A stretch of DNA of 64,000 nt from an uncultured Methylomirabilota bacterium (GCA_963727695.1 CAVSHW010000057.1:6934-70933); one strand, 5' to 3'. Shown: positions 37,701 through 53,466, numbered from the stretch's first letter. Notes: a model not told the origin generated them from the sequence alone. Made by a program: numbers and translations.

Positions 37701-38703
37701 TGAACAGCTCGAGGACCGAGTGGTCGGTCGGGACGTGAAATCTCGCGGCGGCCGCAAGCTGATCATCGCCAAGCGGCACAAGCTCAGCGCCGATCTCTTG
37801 GCGGAGTTCAGCCCCGAAGACATGCTGGAGGCGGCCCTGGCCCTGGACGAGAAGACGGGGGCAGAGGTTCATCGCCTGATCGAAGAGGCCAATGACCAGG
37901 TCCACGCCCTGGAGATGTTGCTGGAGGAGCGCATCGAGCGGCTCAAGCGCGGGGACGAGTTGGCGCCGGGCGTTCTCAAGCTGGTCAAGGTCTTTATCGC
38001 CATGAAGAGAAAACTCTCCGTCGGGGACAAGATGGCCGGGCGGCACGGCAACAAGGGGGTCATCGCCAAGATCCTCCCCGAGGAGGATATGCCGTACCTG
38101 CCCGACGGGAGTCCGGTGGAGGTTGTCCTGAATCCTCTGGGGGTGCCCTCGCGAATGAACGTGGGGCAGATCCTGGAAACCCACCTCGGGTGGGCTGCCC
38201 AGGCTCTGGGGGTCCGCGTGGCCTCGCCGGTCTTCGACGGGGCGGCGGAGAAGGACATCAAGATGATGCTGAAGCGAGCCAAGCTTCCTCAGTCGGGGAA
38301 AGTCGTCCTCTGCGACGGGCGGAGCGGGAAGCCCTTCCATCAGGAGGTTACGGTCGGGTATATCTATCTGATGAAGCTGGCTCACCTGGTGGACGACAAG
38401 ATCCATGCCCGCTCCATCGGCCCGTATTCGCTGGTGACGCAACAGCCCCTGGGTGGGAAGGCTCAGTTCGGGGGTCAGCGCTTCGGCGAGATGGAGGTCT
38501 GGGCCTTGGAGGCCTACGGTGCCGCCCATACGCTGCAAGAAATCCTCACGGTCAAGTCCGACGATGTGATCGGTCGGACCAAGATGTACGAGTCGATCGT
38601 GAAGGGGGAGAACGCCCTGGAGCCCGGCTTGCCCGAGTCCTTCAACGTCCTGGTGAAGGAGTTGCAGAGCCTGGCCTTGGACGTGGAGCTGGTCAAGGAA
38701 TAG
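34741..38703 (+). CDS. rpoB: DNA-directed RNA polymerase subunit beta
   Basis: 1320 aa, with [34 protein letters not shown] and [16 protein letters not shown] motifs. Confidence 0.98.
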   Translation: MAVVKRAGGEDRVSFAKIHEIIGIPNLIEIQQRSYEQFLQSRVPPQERENSGLQGVFTSIFPITDYNDSASLEFVRYEFGDPKYTSEECWEKGMTFSVPLKVTLRLVVWDKQVGSEARSIRDIKEQEVYLGEMPLMTEHGTFIVNGTERVVVSQLHRSPGVFYDHDGGTTHSSGKMLFSARLIPYRGSWLEFEFDANDVLHVRVDRRRKFLSTILLRALGYNSNEVILGLFYDRDTLHLSKRDVLLELGSPGVLGYRAAKEVADGKETVLQAGKRISKNGLKRCHTLKIKQVAVSREDVVGRFLSRDVVDGTTGEVLAECGQEVTGELLEQFQEHRLESFQVLSGPDNREVFEIRETLRKDSTRGTDEALVEIYRRMRPGDPPTLESTKALLENIFFNPRRYDLSRVGRLKMNKKLGMSVPLEERVLRKEDILEVIRYVLKAKRGEGQVDDIDHLGNRRVRAAGELLEDQFRIGLSRMERAVRERMSTQELETLMPHDLVNAKPVTAALKEFFGSSQLSQFMDQTNPLAELTHKRRLSALGPGGLSRERAGFEVRDVHPTHYGRMCPIETPEGPNVGLIASLSTYARVNDFGFIETPYRKVRDGRVTDEIEYLTGDEEELHTVAQANAELDGRNRFVAERVAARASMNSVMVTPEAIEFMDVSPKQLVGISTSLIPFLEHDDANRALMGANMQRQSVPLLRPTAPVVGTGMEYVAAKDSGAVVVAKRAGVVEAVSAERIIVRGDPKEPRSDGQTNGTGVDIYTLMKFRRSNQNTCINQKPIVAKGQQVAKGQVIADGPATQQGELALGQNVLVAFMPWGGYNFEDAILISERLTKDDRYTSIHIEEFEIEARDTKLGKEEITRDIPNVGEEALKDLDESGIARIGAEIKPGDILVGKVTPKGETVLTPEERLLRAIFGEKAEDVRDASLTVPPGISGTVVDVKVLSRKGVEKDERAKSIEDEEAARLRKDFEDEIQIIAAERDTRIREQLEDRVVGRDVKSRGGRKLIIAKRHKLSADLLAEFSPEDMLEAALALDEKTGAEVHRLIEEANDQVHALEMLLEERIERLKRGDELAPGVLKLVKVFIAMKRKLSVGDKMAGRHGNKGVIAKILPEEDMPYLPDGSPVEVVLNPLGVPSRMNVGQILETHLGWAAQALGVRVASPVFDGAAEKDIKMMLKRAKLPQSGKVVLCDGRSGKPFHQEVTVGYIYLMKLAHLVDDKIHARSIGPYSLVTQQPLGGKAQFGGQRFGEMEVWALEAYGAAHTLQEILTVKSDDVIGRTKMYESIVKGENALEPGLPESFNVLVKELQSLALDVELVKE

Positions 38704-38742
38704 TCAGGAATCGCGTCATCGCGATTCTTAAAGGAGCCGTCC

Positions 38743-43182
<4,440 letters not shown>

Positions 43183-43197
43183 CCGCTCAGAAAGCCC

Positions 43198-43226
43198 TTG
43201 ACAAAAGGGGGAGTCCAACGTAGACT
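43198..43226 (+). promoter_or_regulatory. candidate sigma70 promoter of the str operon
   Basis: TTGACA (43198-43203), a 17-nt spacer, then TAGACT (43221-43226), 42 nt before rpsL. The spacer and -10 also form the hairpin GGGGGAGTC-caacgta-GACTCCCCC. Confidence 0.5.
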
Positions 43227-43267
43227 CCCCCGGTTCATGTCTGAAACTACGGCGCGGAAGAGGACTC

Positions 43268-43645
43268 ATGCCAACGATTTCACAGCTTGTCCGGCGGGGG
43301 CGCAAGGCGCTCCCACGAAAGCAGAAGGCGCCGGCCCTGCAAAACTGCCCGCAGAAGCGCGGGGTCTGTGTACGCGTGTATACCACCACGCCGAAGAAGC
43401 CGAACTCCGCCTTGCGCAAGGTCGCCCGCGTCCGGTTGACTAACCAGATCGAAGTGACCACCTATATTCCAGGGGTCGGCCACAACCTCCAAGAGCACTC
43501 CATCGTGCTCATCCGGGGGGGGCGCGTGAAGGATCTGCCCGGGGTGCGGTACCACGTCATCCGGGGCGCCCTGGACACCGCTGGGGTAGCGGATCGCCGG
43601 CAGTCGCGATCCCTGTACGGAGCCAAGCGACCGAAGGCAAGTTAA
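43268..43645 (+). CDS. rpsL: 30S ribosomal protein S12
   Basis: [13 protein letters not shown]...[16 protein letters not shown]...[14 protein letters not shown]. Confidence 0.97.
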   Translation: MPTISQLVRRGRKALPRKQKAPALQNCPQKRGVCVRVYTTTPKKPNSALRKVARVRLTNQIEVTTYIPGVGHNLQEHSIVLIRGGRVKDLPGVRYHVIRGALDTAGVADRRQSRSLYGAKRPKAS

Positions 43646-43649
43646 CGAG

Positions 43650-43704
43650 ACCGGCACTGGGGAACCGGGGCTAGCCTCCGCCCTCCAGTGCCGGTTTTCT
43701 TCTC
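43650..43704 (+). promoter_or_regulatory. structured rpsL-rpsG intergenic element (terminator-like hairpin, candidate S7 operator/attenuator)
   Basis: ACCGGCACTGG (43650-43660) pairs with CCAGTGCCGGT (43685-43695) around a 24-nt loop. TTTCTTCTCT follows. In E. coli this spacer carries the S7 translational operator. Confidence 0.4.
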
Positions 43705-43749
43705 TCCGAGCGTCCGCGGAATCGCGGATCGTGTTGTAAGGAGCTGGGG

Positions 43750-44220
43750 ATGCCGAGACGAAAGGTTGCCGAGAAGCGCGAGGTCCTGCCGGATCCCGTC
43801 TACGGCAGCAAGCTGGTGACCAAGTTCGTGAACTCGATGATGGCCAAGGGAAAACGGAGCCCGGCGGAGCGGATCTTCTACGGCTGCATGCGCCTCATCG
43901 AGGACCGGACCAAGCTGGATCCGCAGAAGCTGTTCAAGCAGGCGATCGACAACGTCAAACCGGTCCTGGAGGTCAAGTCGCGGCGGGTCGGCGGCGCCAC
44001 CTATCAGGTCCCGGTAGAAGTGCGGCCGGATCGCCGGACGTCGCTGGCGCTCCGCTGGGTCATCGGGTTCGCCAGAAACCGGACGGAGAAGACGATGCAG
44101 GAGCGATTGGCGGCGGAGTTGATCGAGGCGGCCAACAATCGCGGCTCGTCGGTGAAGAAGCGCGAAGATACCCACAAGATGGCGGAGGCGAACAAGGCGT
44201 TTGCCCATTACCGGTGGTAG
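43750..44220 (+). CDS. rpsG: 30S ribosomal protein S7
   Basis: [20 protein letters not shown]...[15 protein letters not shown]...[14 protein letters not shown]. Confidence 0.97.
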   Translation: MPRRKVAEKREVLPDPVYGSKLVTKFVNSMMAKGKRSPAERIFYGCMRLIEDRTKLDPQKLFKQAIDNVKPVLEVKSRRVGGATYQVPVEVRPDRRTSLALRWVIGFARNRTEKTMQERLAAELIEAANNRGSSVKKREDTHKMAEANKAFAHYRW

Positions 44221-44259
44221 GATTGCTGGCCTTTCTAGCCGGCTCGCAAGGATCTCGAC

Positions 44260-46351
44260 GTGGCTGAAACTCCCTCTCTGGAACGAACCCGGAATATCGG
44301 CATCATGGCCCACATCGATGCCGGTAAGACCACCACGACCGAGCGGATCTTGTACTATACCGGCAAGACCCACAAGATCGGCGAGGTGGACGAGGGTTCG
44401 ACCGAGATGGATTGGATGGAGCAGGAGAAGGAGCGGGGGATCACCATCACCTCCGCAGCCACGACCTGCTACTGGAACGACTACCGGATCAACATCATCG
44501 ACACGCCGGGCCACGTGGACTTTACCGTCGAGGTTGAGCGGTCGCTGCGGGTGCTGGACGGCGCGGTGGCGGTCTTTGACGCGGTGGCCGGGGTGGAGCC
44601 GCAGTCGGAGACGGTCTGGCGCCAGGCGGATAAGTACGGTGTTCCGCGGATCGCCTTCATCAACAAGATGGACCGGACCGGCGCGGACTTCGAGCGGTCG
44701 GTGGCGATGATCGCCGAGCGGCTGGGGGCCAATCCGGTGTGCGTCCAGTTCCCCTACGGCAAGGAAGACAAGCTGAAGGGGATCGTGGATATCGTCGAGA
44801 TGAAGGCCTACGTGTGGGAAGAGGAGACGCTCGGCGCGGAATACCACGAGGAGCCGATCCCGAAAGAGCTGCAGGCGGCGGCGGCGGCGGCCCGAGAGCG
44901 GCTGGTGGAAGCCGTGGCGGACCAAGACGAGCGGTCTGATGAAGAAGTATGTCGCGGGGGAGCCGGTCGAATCGGCCGAGATCAAGGCCGCCCTCCGGAA
45001 CGCCACGCTGAAGCTCGCGGCGGTGCCCGTCCTGTGCGGTTCGGCCTTCAAGAACAAGGGAGTTCAGGCGCTCCTGGATGCGGTGGTGGCGTATCTCCCG
45101 TCTCCGCTCGATCTGCCTCCGGTGGAGGGGAAGAATCCCAAGACCGGGGAGATGGAACGGCGCGAGGCCAAGGAAGAAGCCCCGTTCTCGGCGCTGGTCT
45201 TCAAGATCATGGCCGACCCCTTCGTCGGACAGTTGGCCTTTTTCCGGGTGTACTCCGGCGCCTTGGAATCCGGCTCCTACATCTTCAATTCCACCCGGGG
45301 AACCAAGGAGCGGGTGGGCCGCCTCCTCCGGATGCACGCCAACAAGCGCGAAGACGTCAAGCGCGTTGCGGCGGGTGATATCGCGGCGGCGGTGGGACTC
45401 CGGAACGCCAAGACGGGAGACACGCTCTGCCTGGAGACGAAGGCGATCGTCCTGGAGTCGATAGAGTTCCCCGAGCCGGTCGTCTCGGTGGCCATCGAGC
45501 CCAAGACCAAGGACGGGCAGGAGCGGCTGTCGATGGCGCTGGCCTCCTTGTCCAACGAGGATCCGACCTTCCGGGCGATGACCGACGAGGAAATGGGGCA
45601 GACCATCATCTCGGGCATGGGGGAGCTCCACCTGGAGATCATCGTGGATCGCCTCCTCCGGGAGTTTCGGGTCGAGGCCAACGTGGGGAAACCCCAGGTG
45701 GCCTACCGAGAGACGGTGACGGTGTCCGTTCCGGCGGAGGGTCGCTTCATCCGGCAAACCGGCGGGCGCGGGCAGTACGGCCATGTGAAGATTCAGCTCG
45801 AACCGTTGCCAGGCGGAGGGTTCGAGTTTGTGAACAAGGTCATCGGCGGGACGATCCCCAAAGAGTATATCCCGGCGGTGGAGAAGGGGATCCGCGAGGC
45901 TATGGAGGGGGGAGTTTTGGCGGGCTATCCGGTGGTGGACACGCGGGTGGTCCTGCTCGACGGCTCCTACCACGAGGTAGACTCGTCGGAGATGGCGTTC
46001 AAGATCGCCGGCTCGATGGCATTCAAGGACGGGGCGCGCCGGGCGAAGCCGACCCTCCTCGAACCGATCATGCGCTTCGACGTGATCATGCCGGAGGAGT
46101 TTGTGGGGCAAGTGATCGGCGACCTGAACTCCCGGCGGGGACGGGTGCTGGAGATCGAGGCGCGGCCGGCCGCGCAGGTGGTCCGGACCGAGGTGCCGCT
46201 TGCGGAACTCTTCGGGTATGCCACCGATCTTCGCTCCGCCACGCAGGGTCGGGCCAGCCACACCCCGTTCCAGTTCGCCCGGTACCATCCGGTGCCGACG
46301 CAGATTGCCGAAGAGATCGTTGCCAAGGTGGGCGGCCGCGCGGGCGCGTGA
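44260..46351 (+). CDS. fusA: elongation factor G, frame broken by an apparent 1-nt insertion near 44935
   Basis: ORF 44260..45378 carries the G domain ([33 protein letters not shown]) up to ...[14 protein letters not shown] 44939..46351 continues in the next frame with [20 protein letters not shown]... to the end of EF-G. Removing T in cggTctgatg restores ...DERLMKKYV.... Total length is 2092 nt = 3n+1. Confidence 0.93.
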
Positions 46352-46410
46352 CCGAGCGGGTATCCAGACGGGTGCCGCGGTAGGATTGCGAGCCGGCATG
46401 ATGGCCTCCG

Positions 46411-47659
46411 GGCAGGAGGCCTGCGCAGGGAGACACTCTCATGGGGAAAGCGAAGTTCGAGCGGACGAAAGAGCACATGAACGTCGGGACCATTGGCCAC
46501 ATCGACCACGGGAAGACGACGCTGACCGCGGCGATCACGAAGGCCCTCGGCTTCAAGAACGCGAAGATCGCCTTCGTGCCGTTTGACCAGATCGATAAGG
46601 CGCCGGAGGAGCGGGAGCGGGGCATCACCATCGCCATCGCCCACGTGGAGTACGAGACCGACAAGCGCCACTACGCCCACGTGGACTGCCCCGGCCACGC
46701 CGACTACATCAAGAACATGATCACCGGGGCGGCCCAGATGGATGGCGCCATCCTGGTGGTGGCGGCCTCCGAGGGCCCGATGCCCCAGACCCGGGAGCAC
46801 ATCCTGCTCGCCCGCCAGGTCGGCGTCCCCAGCATGCTGGTCTTCCTGAACAAGGTGGACCAGGTGGACGACCCCGAGCTGATGGAGCTGGTCGAGCTGG
46901 AGGTCCGCGAGTTGCTCACCCAGTACGGCTTCCCCGGGGACGAGATCCCCATCGTGAAGGGCTCGGCCCTGAAGGCCCTCCAGTCCACCAGCACGGATCC
47001 GAAGGCCCCCGAGTACGCCTGCATCTACGAGCTCGCGGCCGCCGTGGACAGCTACTTCCCCTCCCCGAAGCGCGAGATCGACAAGCCCTTCCTGATGCCC
47101 GTGGAGGACGTCTTCACCATCTCCGGGCGCGGGACGGTGGTCACCGGCCGGGTGGAGCGCGGCGTGGTCAAGGTCGGGGAAGAGGTGGAGATCGTCGGCA
47201 TCCGGCCGACGCAGAAGACGGTCTGCACCGGCGTGGAGATGTTCCGCAAGCTCCTCGACCAGGGCCAGGCCGGCGACAACATCGGCGTGCTGCTGCGCGG
47301 GATCAAGCGCGAAGAGGTGGAGCGCGGGCAGGTCGTGGCCAAGCCGGGCTCCATCACCCCCCACACGAAGTTCAAGGCCGAGGCCTACATTCTCACCAAG
47401 GAGGAGGGCGGGCGCCATACCCCCTTCTTCGACGGCTATCGGCCCCAGTTCTACTTCCGGACGACCGACGTCACCGGGGTGGCCAAGCTCCCCCAGGGGA
47501 CCGAGATGGTCATGCCCGGCGACAACGTCACCATGGAAGTGACCCTGATCCAGCCCATCGCCATGGAGAAGGAACTCCGCTTCGCCATCCGCGAGGGGGG
47601 CCGGACCGTGGGCGCCGGGGTGGTGAGCGAGGTGCTGGAGTAACCGGGGCGGCGGGCCC
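46411..47659 (+). repeat. 1249-bp direct repeat (tuf copy 2), partner of 29736-30984
   Basis: Shared 30 nt upstream (ggcaggaggcctgcgcagggagacactctc) and 16 nt downstream (ccggggcggcgggccc) of the CDS. Confidence 0.9.
46441..47643 (+). CDS. tuf: elongation factor Tu (copy 2, str operon, tufA-like)
   Basis: 400 aa. Identical to copy 1 except one residue that I can see (KLPQGTEM here, KLPPGTEM in copy 1). Confidence 0.97.
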   Translation: MGKAKFERTKEHMNVGTIGHIDHGKTTLTAAITKALGFKNAKIAFVPFDQIDKAPEERERGITIAIAHVEYETDKRHYAHVDCPGHADYIKNMITGAAQMDGAILVVAASEGPMPQTREHILLARQVGVPSMLVFLNKVDQVDDPELMELVELEVRELLTQYGFPGDEIPIVKGSALKALQSTSTDPKAPEYACIYELAAAVDSYFPSPKREIDKPFLMPVEDVFTISGRGTVVTGRVERGVVKVGEEVEIVGIRPTQKTVCTGVEMFRKLLDQGQAGDNIGVLLRGIKREEVERGQVVAKPGSITPHTKFKAEAYILTKEEGGRHTPFFDGYRPQFYFRTTDVTGVAKLPQGTEMVMPGDNVTMEVTLIQPIAMEKELRFAIREGGRTVGAGVVSEVLE

Positions 47660-47722
47660 TCCGACGGACGGGGTGATCGGTCAGAGTTCGGCAACTGCCC
47701 AGAGAGGGCGTCAGGTTAGCGT

Positions 47723-48031
47723 ATGGACAACCAGAAGATCCGTATCAAGTTGAAGGCGTACGATCACCGGTTGCTCGATCAAGCAGTGAAGGACATTGTC
47801 GGGACGGTCGAGCGCTCTGGCGCGCTGGTTTCCGGTCCGATCCCTCTGCCGACGAAGATCAGCCGGTATACCGTGCTCCGCTCCCCGCACGTGGACAAGA
47901 AATCGCGGGAGCAGTTCGAGATTCGGACCCACGTCCGGATGATGGATATCGTCCAACCCACGCCGCAGACGGTGGACCAGCTTATGCGGTTGGATCTGCC
48001 GGCCGGCGTGGATGTCGAGATCAAACTCTGA
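47723..48031 (+). CDS. rpsJ: 30S ribosomal protein S10
   Basis: [21 protein letters not shown]...[28 protein letters not shown]. Confidence 0.97.
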   Translation: MDNQKIRIKLKAYDHRLLDQAVKDIVGTVERSGALVSGPIPLPTKISRYTVLRSPHVDKKSREQFEIRTHVRMMDIVQPTPQTVDQLMRLDLPAGVDVEIKL

Positions 48032-48097
48032 GCAGGGTGTCGGGTCCGGCCCGCCCATTGGCGGGTATCGGCGGCCGACCCTATAGCGTGTGGAGCG

Positions 48098-48727
48098 ATG
48101 GCGATCGGATTGCTAGGCCGTAAGGTCGGGATGACGCAGGTCTTTGACGAGAAGGGCAAGGCCGTGCCGGTGACGATCATCCAGGCCGGTCCGTGTCCAG
48201 TCGTGCAGAAGAAGACGGCGGATCGGGATGGATACGAAGCGATCCAGGTCGGCTTCGAGACCCAGCCGAACAAGAATCGAGTGACGCGTCCCCTGCAGGG
48301 GCATTTCGATAAGGGCCAGGTTGCGTACCAGCGGTTTCTCCGAGAGATCCGCCTGCGCGGGGGTGAAGGGGAATACCAGATTGGGCAGGTGCTGACCGTC
48401 AGCCTGTTCGCAGAGGGCGATCGGGTGCGGATCGCCGGCGTGACCAAAGGGCGAGGTTTTCAGGGCGGGGTGAAGCGCTGGAAGTACCGAGGCGGTCCCG
48501 CGACCCACGGGTCGATGTTTCACAAGGCGCCGGGTTCGATCGGGGCGTCGTCCTACCCCTCCCGCGTGTTCCGCGGACACCATCTGCCCGGACACATGGG
48601 GGCGGTGCGGATGACGGTGAGCGGGCTGCGCGTGGTCTCGGTGGATCCGGACAACAATCTGGTATTGATCGAGGGCGCGGTTCCCGGTCCGAGCGGTGGC
48701 GTGGTCACGATCCAAAAGGGGAAGTAG
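48098..48727 (+). CDS. rplC: 50S ribosomal protein L3
   Basis: MAIGLLGRKVGMTQVFDEKGKAVPVTII...TKGRGFQGGVKRW. Confidence 0.96.
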   Translation: MAIGLLGRKVGMTQVFDEKGKAVPVTIIQAGPCPVVQKKTADRDGYEAIQVGFETQPNKNRVTRPLQGHFDKGQVAYQRFLREIRLRGGEGEYQIGQVLTVSLFAEGDRVRIAGVTKGRGFQGGVKRWKYRGGPATHGSMFHKAPGSIGASSYPSRVFRGHHLPGHMGAVRMTVSGLRVVSVDPDNNLVLIEGAVPGPSGGVVTIQKGK

Positions 48728-48775
48728 TCAGGGCCGATTCGATGCCGCCTGACGGGGCGGGGACCGGATGAGACG

Positions 48776-49405
48776 ATGGCGACACAGGTAGACGTAGTCA
48801 ACGCGAAGAACGAGACGGTGGATCACTGCGAATTGCCCGAGGCGATCTTTGGCGCGCCGGTGAAGCCGCACCTGATGCACGATGTCGTCCTGATGCAGCT
48901 GGCGAATCGGCGTCAGGGGACCGCGGAAACCAAAGGGCGTGCCGAGGTGCGCGGGGGCGGGAAGAAGCCCTGGAAGCAGAAGGGCACGGGTCGGGCGCGC
49001 TCCGGCAGCTCCCGGTCGCCGCTGTGGCGGCACGGCGGAACGGTTTTCGGCCCGCATCCGCGATCCTATGAGTATGGGGTGCCGAAGGCGGTGCGACGGC
49101 AGGCCCTGCTGGCCGCGCTGACCATCAAGGCCCAGACCGGGGCGGTTCGAGTCTTGGAGTCTTTGAATCTGGATCGGCCCAGCACCAAGTCGATGCTGGC
49201 GCTGCTCTCGGGGGCGGGGATCCAGGGGAAGACCCTGGTGGTCCTGTCGGCCCGGGACGAGGTGTTGGAGAAGTCGGCGCGAAACCTGCCGACGGTCCGA
49301 GTGCTGACGGTCCGTGGGCTCAACGTCTACGACGTGCTCAGAGCGGACACGCTGGTGCTCACCCCGGAGGGGGTGCAGACCGTGCAGGAGGTGCTGGGGT
49401 CATGA
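48776..49405 (+). CDS. rplD: 50S ribosomal protein L4
   Basis: RQGTAETKGRAEVRGGGKKPWKQKGTGRARSGSSRSPLWRHGG. Confidence 0.95.
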   Translation: MATQVDVVNAKNETVDHCELPEAIFGAPVKPHLMHDVVLMQLANRRQGTAETKGRAEVRGGGKKPWKQKGTGRARSGSSRSPLWRHGGTVFGPHPRSYEYGVPKAVRRQALLAALTIKAQTGAVRVLESLNLDRPSTKSMLALLSGAGIQGKTLVVLSARDEVLEKSARNLPTVRVLTVRGLNVYDVLRADTLVLTPEGVQTVQEVLGS

Positions 49406-49692
49406 AGACGGCGTATCAGGTCGTCCAGAAGCCGCTCTTGACCGAGAAGGGGACTCGGCTCAAAGAGGAGGGGAACCAGTACCTCTTCCGTGTGGCCAAG
49501 CGGGCCAACAAGGTCGAGATCAAACAAGCGATCGAGGCCCTCTTCAAGGTGACGGTTCTCGAAGTGCGCACACTCCCGGTGCGCGGCAAGGCGAAACGGC
49601 TCGGTCGCTTCCAGGGGAAGCTGCCGGACTGGAAGAAGGCCATCGCCACCTTGAAGGCGGGCGACTCGATCGAGCTGTTCGAGGGCGTGTAG
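49402..49692 (+). CDS. rplW: 50S ribosomal protein L23
   Basis: [42 protein letters not shown]. The start overlaps the rplD stop. Confidence 0.94.
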   Translation: MKTAYQVVQKPLLTEKGTRLKEEGNQYLFRVAKRANKVEIKQAIEALFKVTVLEVRTLPVRGKAKRLGRFQGKLPDWKKAIATLKAGDSIELFEGV

Positions 49693-49750
49693 CGGTTGGA
49701 GAACAGAGCGGGCCGCGCAGAGCGGGCCGCTGAATCAAGGACGGACTTCG

Positions 49751-50569
49751 ATGCCTGTAAGAAAATATCGACCGACATCCGCCGGGCGACGCTTCCAGAG
49801 CGTCTCCACCTTCGAAGAGGTGACCAAGACGACTCCGGAGAAGGCGCTGCTGGCTCCTCTCCGGAAGACGGGGGGACGGAACGCGCTCGGGCGCGTGACC
49901 TGTCGCCACCACGGGGGCGGCCACAAGCGCATGTACCGGGTGATCGACTTCCGGAGGGACAAGTTCGGGGTGCCGGCAAAGGTGGCGGCGATCGAATACG
50001 ACCCGAACCGCTCCTCGCGCATCGCCCTGCTGCATTACGCCGACGGGGAGAAACGGTACATCCTGGCCGCGGTCGGGTTGGCGGTGGGTGACGAGGTGAT
50101 GTCCGGGCCGGAGGCCGAGGTCAGAACCGGCAATGCGCTCCCGCTGCAGAACATCCCGGTGGGCGTGAACGTCCACAATGTCGAGCTCCAGCCGGGCCAG
50201 GGCGCGCGCCTCGTCCGGACCGCCGGTTCCATGGCGCAGTTCGTGGCGAAAGAGGGGGAGTTCGCCCTTCTTCGGCTTCCCTCCGGCGAGATGCGCAAGG
50301 TTCGCCTGACCTGTATGGCGACGATCGGCCAGATCGGGAACGAGGACCACGAGCGGGTGTCGATCGGGAAGGCGGGTCGGTCCCGCTGGCTGGGGATTCG
50401 CCCTTCGGTGCGTGGTGTGGCCATGAATCCCCATGACCATCCCCTAGGCGGTGGTGAGGGAAAGAGCTCCGGTGGGCGCCATCCTTGCAGCCCGTGGGGC
50501 AAGCGCGAGGGGAAGACCCGGCAGAGAGGCAAGTTCTCCGACCAGTATATCGTGAAGCGACGCAAGTAG
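49751..50569 (+). CDS. rplB: 50S ribosomal protein L2
   Basis: [14 protein letters not shown]...[26 protein letters not shown]...[18 protein letters not shown]. Confidence 0.97.
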   Translation: MPVRKYRPTSAGRRFQSVSTFEEVTKTTPEKALLAPLRKTGGRNALGRVTCRHHGGGHKRMYRVIDFRRDKFGVPAKVAAIEYDPNRSSRIALLHYADGEKRYILAAVGLAVGDEVMSGPEAEVRTGNALPLQNIPVGVNVHNVELQPGQGARLVRTAGSMAQFVAKEGEFALLRLPSGEMRKVRLTCMATIGQIGNEDHERVSIGKAGRSRWLGIRPSVRGVAMNPHDHPLGGGEGKSSGGRHPCSPWGKREGKTRQRGKFSDQYIVKRRK

Positions 50570-50626
50570 GTTTAGAGCGGGCGTTCTGCGTGGAGAGATC
50601 CACGGGGCGCGGGGCACGGAGGATAC

Positions 50627-50911
50627 GTGGCACGGTCATTGAAGAAGGGGCCGTTCATCGAGGCTCGACTGCTGAAGCGGGTCGAGGATATGAATCGAGC
50701 GCGCGAGAAGAAGGTCCTCAAGACCTGGTCGCGGCGCTCGACGATCCCGCCGGAGTTCGTCGGTCATACCCTGGCGGTGCACAACGGAAAGAAATTCATT
50801 CCGGTGTACGTCCAGGAGAACATGGTCGGTCATAAGCTGGGCGAGTTTTCCCCCACCCGCACGTTCCGGGGGCATAGCGCCCATACCGCCAAGTCCACGG
50901 CGCCGAAGTAA
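50627..50911 (+). CDS. rpsS: 30S ribosomal protein S19
   Basis: [18 protein letters not shown]...[30 protein letters not shown]. Confidence 0.96.
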   Translation: MARSLKKGPFIEARLLKRVEDMNRAREKKVLKTWSRRSTIPPEFVGHTLAVHNGKKFIPVYVQENMVGHKLGEFSPTRTFRGHSAHTAKSTAPK

Positions 50912-50984
50912 AGCGCGCGGCGCAGGGCCGACCGGGATGGGGGTTCCCATGAGGGGATCGCATGCCGGGGGCCGGGGTTAGAAC

Positions 50985-51332
50985 ATGGCAGAAGCCAAAG
51001 CAGTTGCGAGATTCGTGCGAGTGCCGGCCCAGAAGGCGCGGCTCGTCGCGGACCTGATCCGGGGGAAGGACGTCAATACGGCCCTGGTGCAGGTGCAGGT
51101 GACGAAGCGCCAGGCGGCGCGTATCGTGGAAAAAGTCCTGCGCTCGGCCATGGCCAACGCGACCCAGAATCACGGGGTTCGGGACGTGGACCGGCTGGTG
51201 GTGGCCGAGGTTTACGTGAACGAAGGTCCGACCATAAAGCGGATCCAGCCCCGGGCGATGGGCCGGGCGTTTCGGGTCCGGAAGCGGAGCAGTCACATCA
51301 CCGTCGTGTTGCAGGAGCGCGGGGAAAGCTAG
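50985..51332 (+). CDS. rplV: 50S ribosomal protein L22
   Basis: [27 protein letters not shown]...[23 protein letters not shown]. Confidence 0.95.
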   Translation: MAEAKAVARFVRVPAQKARLVADLIRGKDVNTALVQVQVTKRQAARIVEKVLRSAMANATQNHGVRDVDRLVVAEVYVNEGPTIKRIQPRAMGRAFRVRKRSSHITVVLQERGES

Positions 51333-51346
51333 CGAGGGAGGACGGC

Positions 51347-52081
51347 GTGGGACAGAAGACGCATCCCCTGGGGTTTCGGCTGGGCGTCATCAAGACGTGG
51401 CGCTCTCGCTGGTACGCCGGAAAGAACTACGCGGAGATGCTGCACGAGGATCTGCGGCTGCGCCGGTACATCAAGGAGCGCCTCCATCACTCCGGGGTGT
51501 CTCGCATCGAGATCGAGCGCAAGGCGGACCAGATCCGGATCATCATCCACACGGCGCGACCGGGCATCATCATCGGGAAGAAGGGCTCTGAGGTCGAGAA
51601 GCTGCGCGCCGAACTGGGGAAGATGACCAAGAAGGAGGTCCGGCTGGACATCGAGGAGGTGCGCAAGGCCGAGACCGACGCGCAACTCGTGGCCGAGCAG
51701 ATCGCCCAACAGTTGGAGCGCCGAGTGGCCTTCCGCCGCGCCATGAAGAAGGCGGTGCAGTCGGCCATGCGACTTGGGGCCCAGGGGGTCAAGGTGGCCT
51801 GCGCGGGCCGGCTGGCCGGGGCGGAGATCGCCCGGTCGGAATGGTACCGGGAAGGCCGGGTTCCCCTGCACACTCTCCGGGCGGACATCGACTTCGGATT
51901 GACGAACGCCAAGACGACCTACGGGATCATCGGGGTGAAGGCCTGGGTCTTCCACGGCGAGGTGCTTCCCGAGACTCTGGGTGTGGAGATCAAACCGGTA
52001 GAGCGGTACCGGGATCCGCGTCCCCCGATGGATCGTCAGCGTCGGCGCCGTCCGCCAGCCCCTGCGGCTCCGCAGAGATAA
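51347..52081 (+). CDS. rpsC: 30S ribosomal protein S3
   Basis: [23 protein letters not shown]...KH domain [14 protein letters not shown]...[30 protein letters not shown]. Confidence 0.97.
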   Translation: MGQKTHPLGFRLGVIKTWRSRWYAGKNYAEMLHEDLRLRRYIKERLHHSGVSRIEIERKADQIRIIIHTARPGIIIGKKGSEVEKLRAELGKMTKKEVRLDIEEVRKAETDAQLVAEQIAQQLERRVAFRRAMKKAVQSAMRLGAQGVKVACAGRLAGAEIARSEWYREGRVPLHTLRADIDFGLTNAKTTYGIIGVKAWVFHGEVLPETLGVEIKPVERYRDPRPPMDRQRRRRPPAPAAPQR

Positions 52082-52101
52082 GACGAAGGTAGGAGCAATC
52101 C

Positions 52102-52524
52102 ATGCTGGTTCCGAAGCGGGTAAAATTTCGCAAGCAGCAGCGGGGACGGCGATCCGGGCTGGCCATTCGGGGGAGTTCCCTGGCCTTCGGCCAGTACGGG
52201 CTGAAGGCCCTGGAAACCGCCTGGATCACCAACCGACAGATCGAGGCGGCCCGGCGCGCCATGACCCGGTATATCAAGCGGGGCGGGAAGGTCTGGATCC
52301 GGATCTTTCCCGATAAACCGATCACGTCCAAGCCGGCCGAGACGCGGATGGGCAAGGGCAAGGGAGCGCCGGAGGGCTGGGTCGCCGTGGTGAAACCGGG
52401 CCGCATCCTCTACGAGATGGAGGGGATCACGGAGGTCGAGGCGAAGGAGGCCATGCGCCTGGCGGCCATGAAGCTCCCCATCGCGACCCGGTTCGTGAGC
52501 CGAACGACAACGGGAGCCGTGTGA
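52102..52524 (+). CDS. rplP: 50S ribosomal protein L16
   Basis: [16 protein letters not shown]...[27 protein letters not shown]. Confidence 0.97.
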   Translation: MLVPKRVKFRKQQRGRRSGLAIRGSSLAFGQYGLKALETAWITNRQIEAARRAMTRYIKRGGKVWIRIFPDKPITSKPAETRMGKGKGAPEGWVAVVKPGRILYEMEGITEVEAKEAMRLAAMKLPIATRFVSRTTTGAV

Positions 52525-52736
52525 TGAAATACGCTGAGCTGAAAGACCTGACGGCGGAGGAACTCCGGCAGAAGGAAGCCGGGCTCCAAGAGGAGATGTT
52601 CAAGCTGCGCCTCCGACAGGCCTCGGCCCAGGTGGAGAACCCCATGCGGATTCGGCAACTCCGCCGCGACATAGCCAGGATCCGGACGGCCCAGCGAGCG
52701 CTGACGCCCGGGACAGCCAGCCAGGGAGGGTCTTAG
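52524..52736 (+). CDS. rpmC: 50S ribosomal protein L29
   Basis: [56 protein letters not shown] 52524 overlaps the rplP TGA. An alternative GTG start is at 52521. Confidence 0.92.
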   Translation: MKYAELKDLTAEELRQKEAGLQEEMFKLRLRQASAQVENPMRIRQLRRDIARIRTAQRALTPGTASQGGS

Positions 52737-52737
52737 G

Positions 52738-52998
52738 ATGGCGGAGGAGCGCAGCCAGCGGCAGATAGTCGTCGGCACGGTCGTCAGCGACAAGATGCAG
52801 AAGACGGTTGTGGTGGAGATCGCCCGTCTCACGAAGCACCAGAGCTACGAGCGTATGGTGCGCCGGAAGACGAAGGTGAAGGCCCACGACGAGCAGAGCG
52901 CCTGTCGGGTGGGGGACACGGTCCGCTTGATGGAGACGCGACCGCTGTCGAAGGACAAGCGGTGGCGCGTCGTGGAAGTGTTGCAGAAGGCCGTCTGA
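52738..52998 (+). CDS. rpsQ: 30S ribosomal protein S17
   Basis: GTVVSDKMQKTVVVEIARLTKHQSYERMVRRKTKVKAHDE...RPLSKDKRWRVVEV. Confidence 0.95.
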   Translation: MAEERSQRQIVVGTVVSDKMQKTVVVEIARLTKHQSYERMVRRKTKVKAHDEQSACRVGDTVRLMETRPLSKDKRWRVVEVLQKAV

Positions 52999-53065
52999 GA
53001 CTTTTGTCGCCCCGCGGGCCTCGCGCCGAGGTGATCCGTCATGGGGTGAATGACAGGGAAGAGCC

Positions 53066-53434
53066 ATGATCGGCCTCCGAACAATTATGGATGTCGCGGA
53101 CAACTCCGGGGCCAAGCGGATCTCGCTGATCAAGGTCCTGGGCGGGTCGGCCAAGCGCTATGCGCGGCTTGGAGACATCATCGTGGCCAACGTGAAGGAA
53201 GCGGTCCCCGATGGCACCGTCCGGAAAGGGGCCGTTGTCAAGGCCGTGGTGGTGCGGACGGTGAAGGAAAAGCGCCGGCCGGATGGCACCTACATCAAGT
53301 TCGACCGGAATGCGGCTGTGTTGATCGACGATCACAACGATCCGGTCGGAACCCGTATCTTTGGGCCGGTGGCCCGCGAGCTGCGGGAGGCCCGGTTTAT
53401 GAAGATCATTTCCCTGGCCCCGGAGGTTATCTGA
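53066..53434 (+). CDS. rplN: 50S ribosomal protein L14
   Basis: [28 protein letters not shown]...[13 protein letters not shown]. Confidence 0.97.
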   Translation: MIGLRTIMDVADNSGAKRISLIKVLGGSAKRYARLGDIIVANVKEAVPDGTVRKGAVVKAVVVRTVKEKRRPDGTYIKFDRNAAVLIDDHNDPVGTRIFGPVARELREARFMKIISLAPEVI

Positions 53435-53466
53435 CGGGGTCGGACGGTGCTGCGCGAGGGCGGATC

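Noticed and set aside
38708-38727. Perfect 8-bp inverted repeat GAATCGCG-tcat-CGCGATTC between rpoB and rpoC.
   Set aside because: It is too short and lacks a T-run. It could be a processing site, but nothing in the sequence distinguishes it from chance.
44660-47694. Minus-strand ORFs of 579 and 575 aa opposite fusA and tuf. Similar large antisense ORFs lie at 789..2312, 8708..10234, 12446..14680, 56944..58800 and 60774..62504.
   Set aside because: All are antisense to conserved genes with low-complexity composition. I treat them as non-coding.
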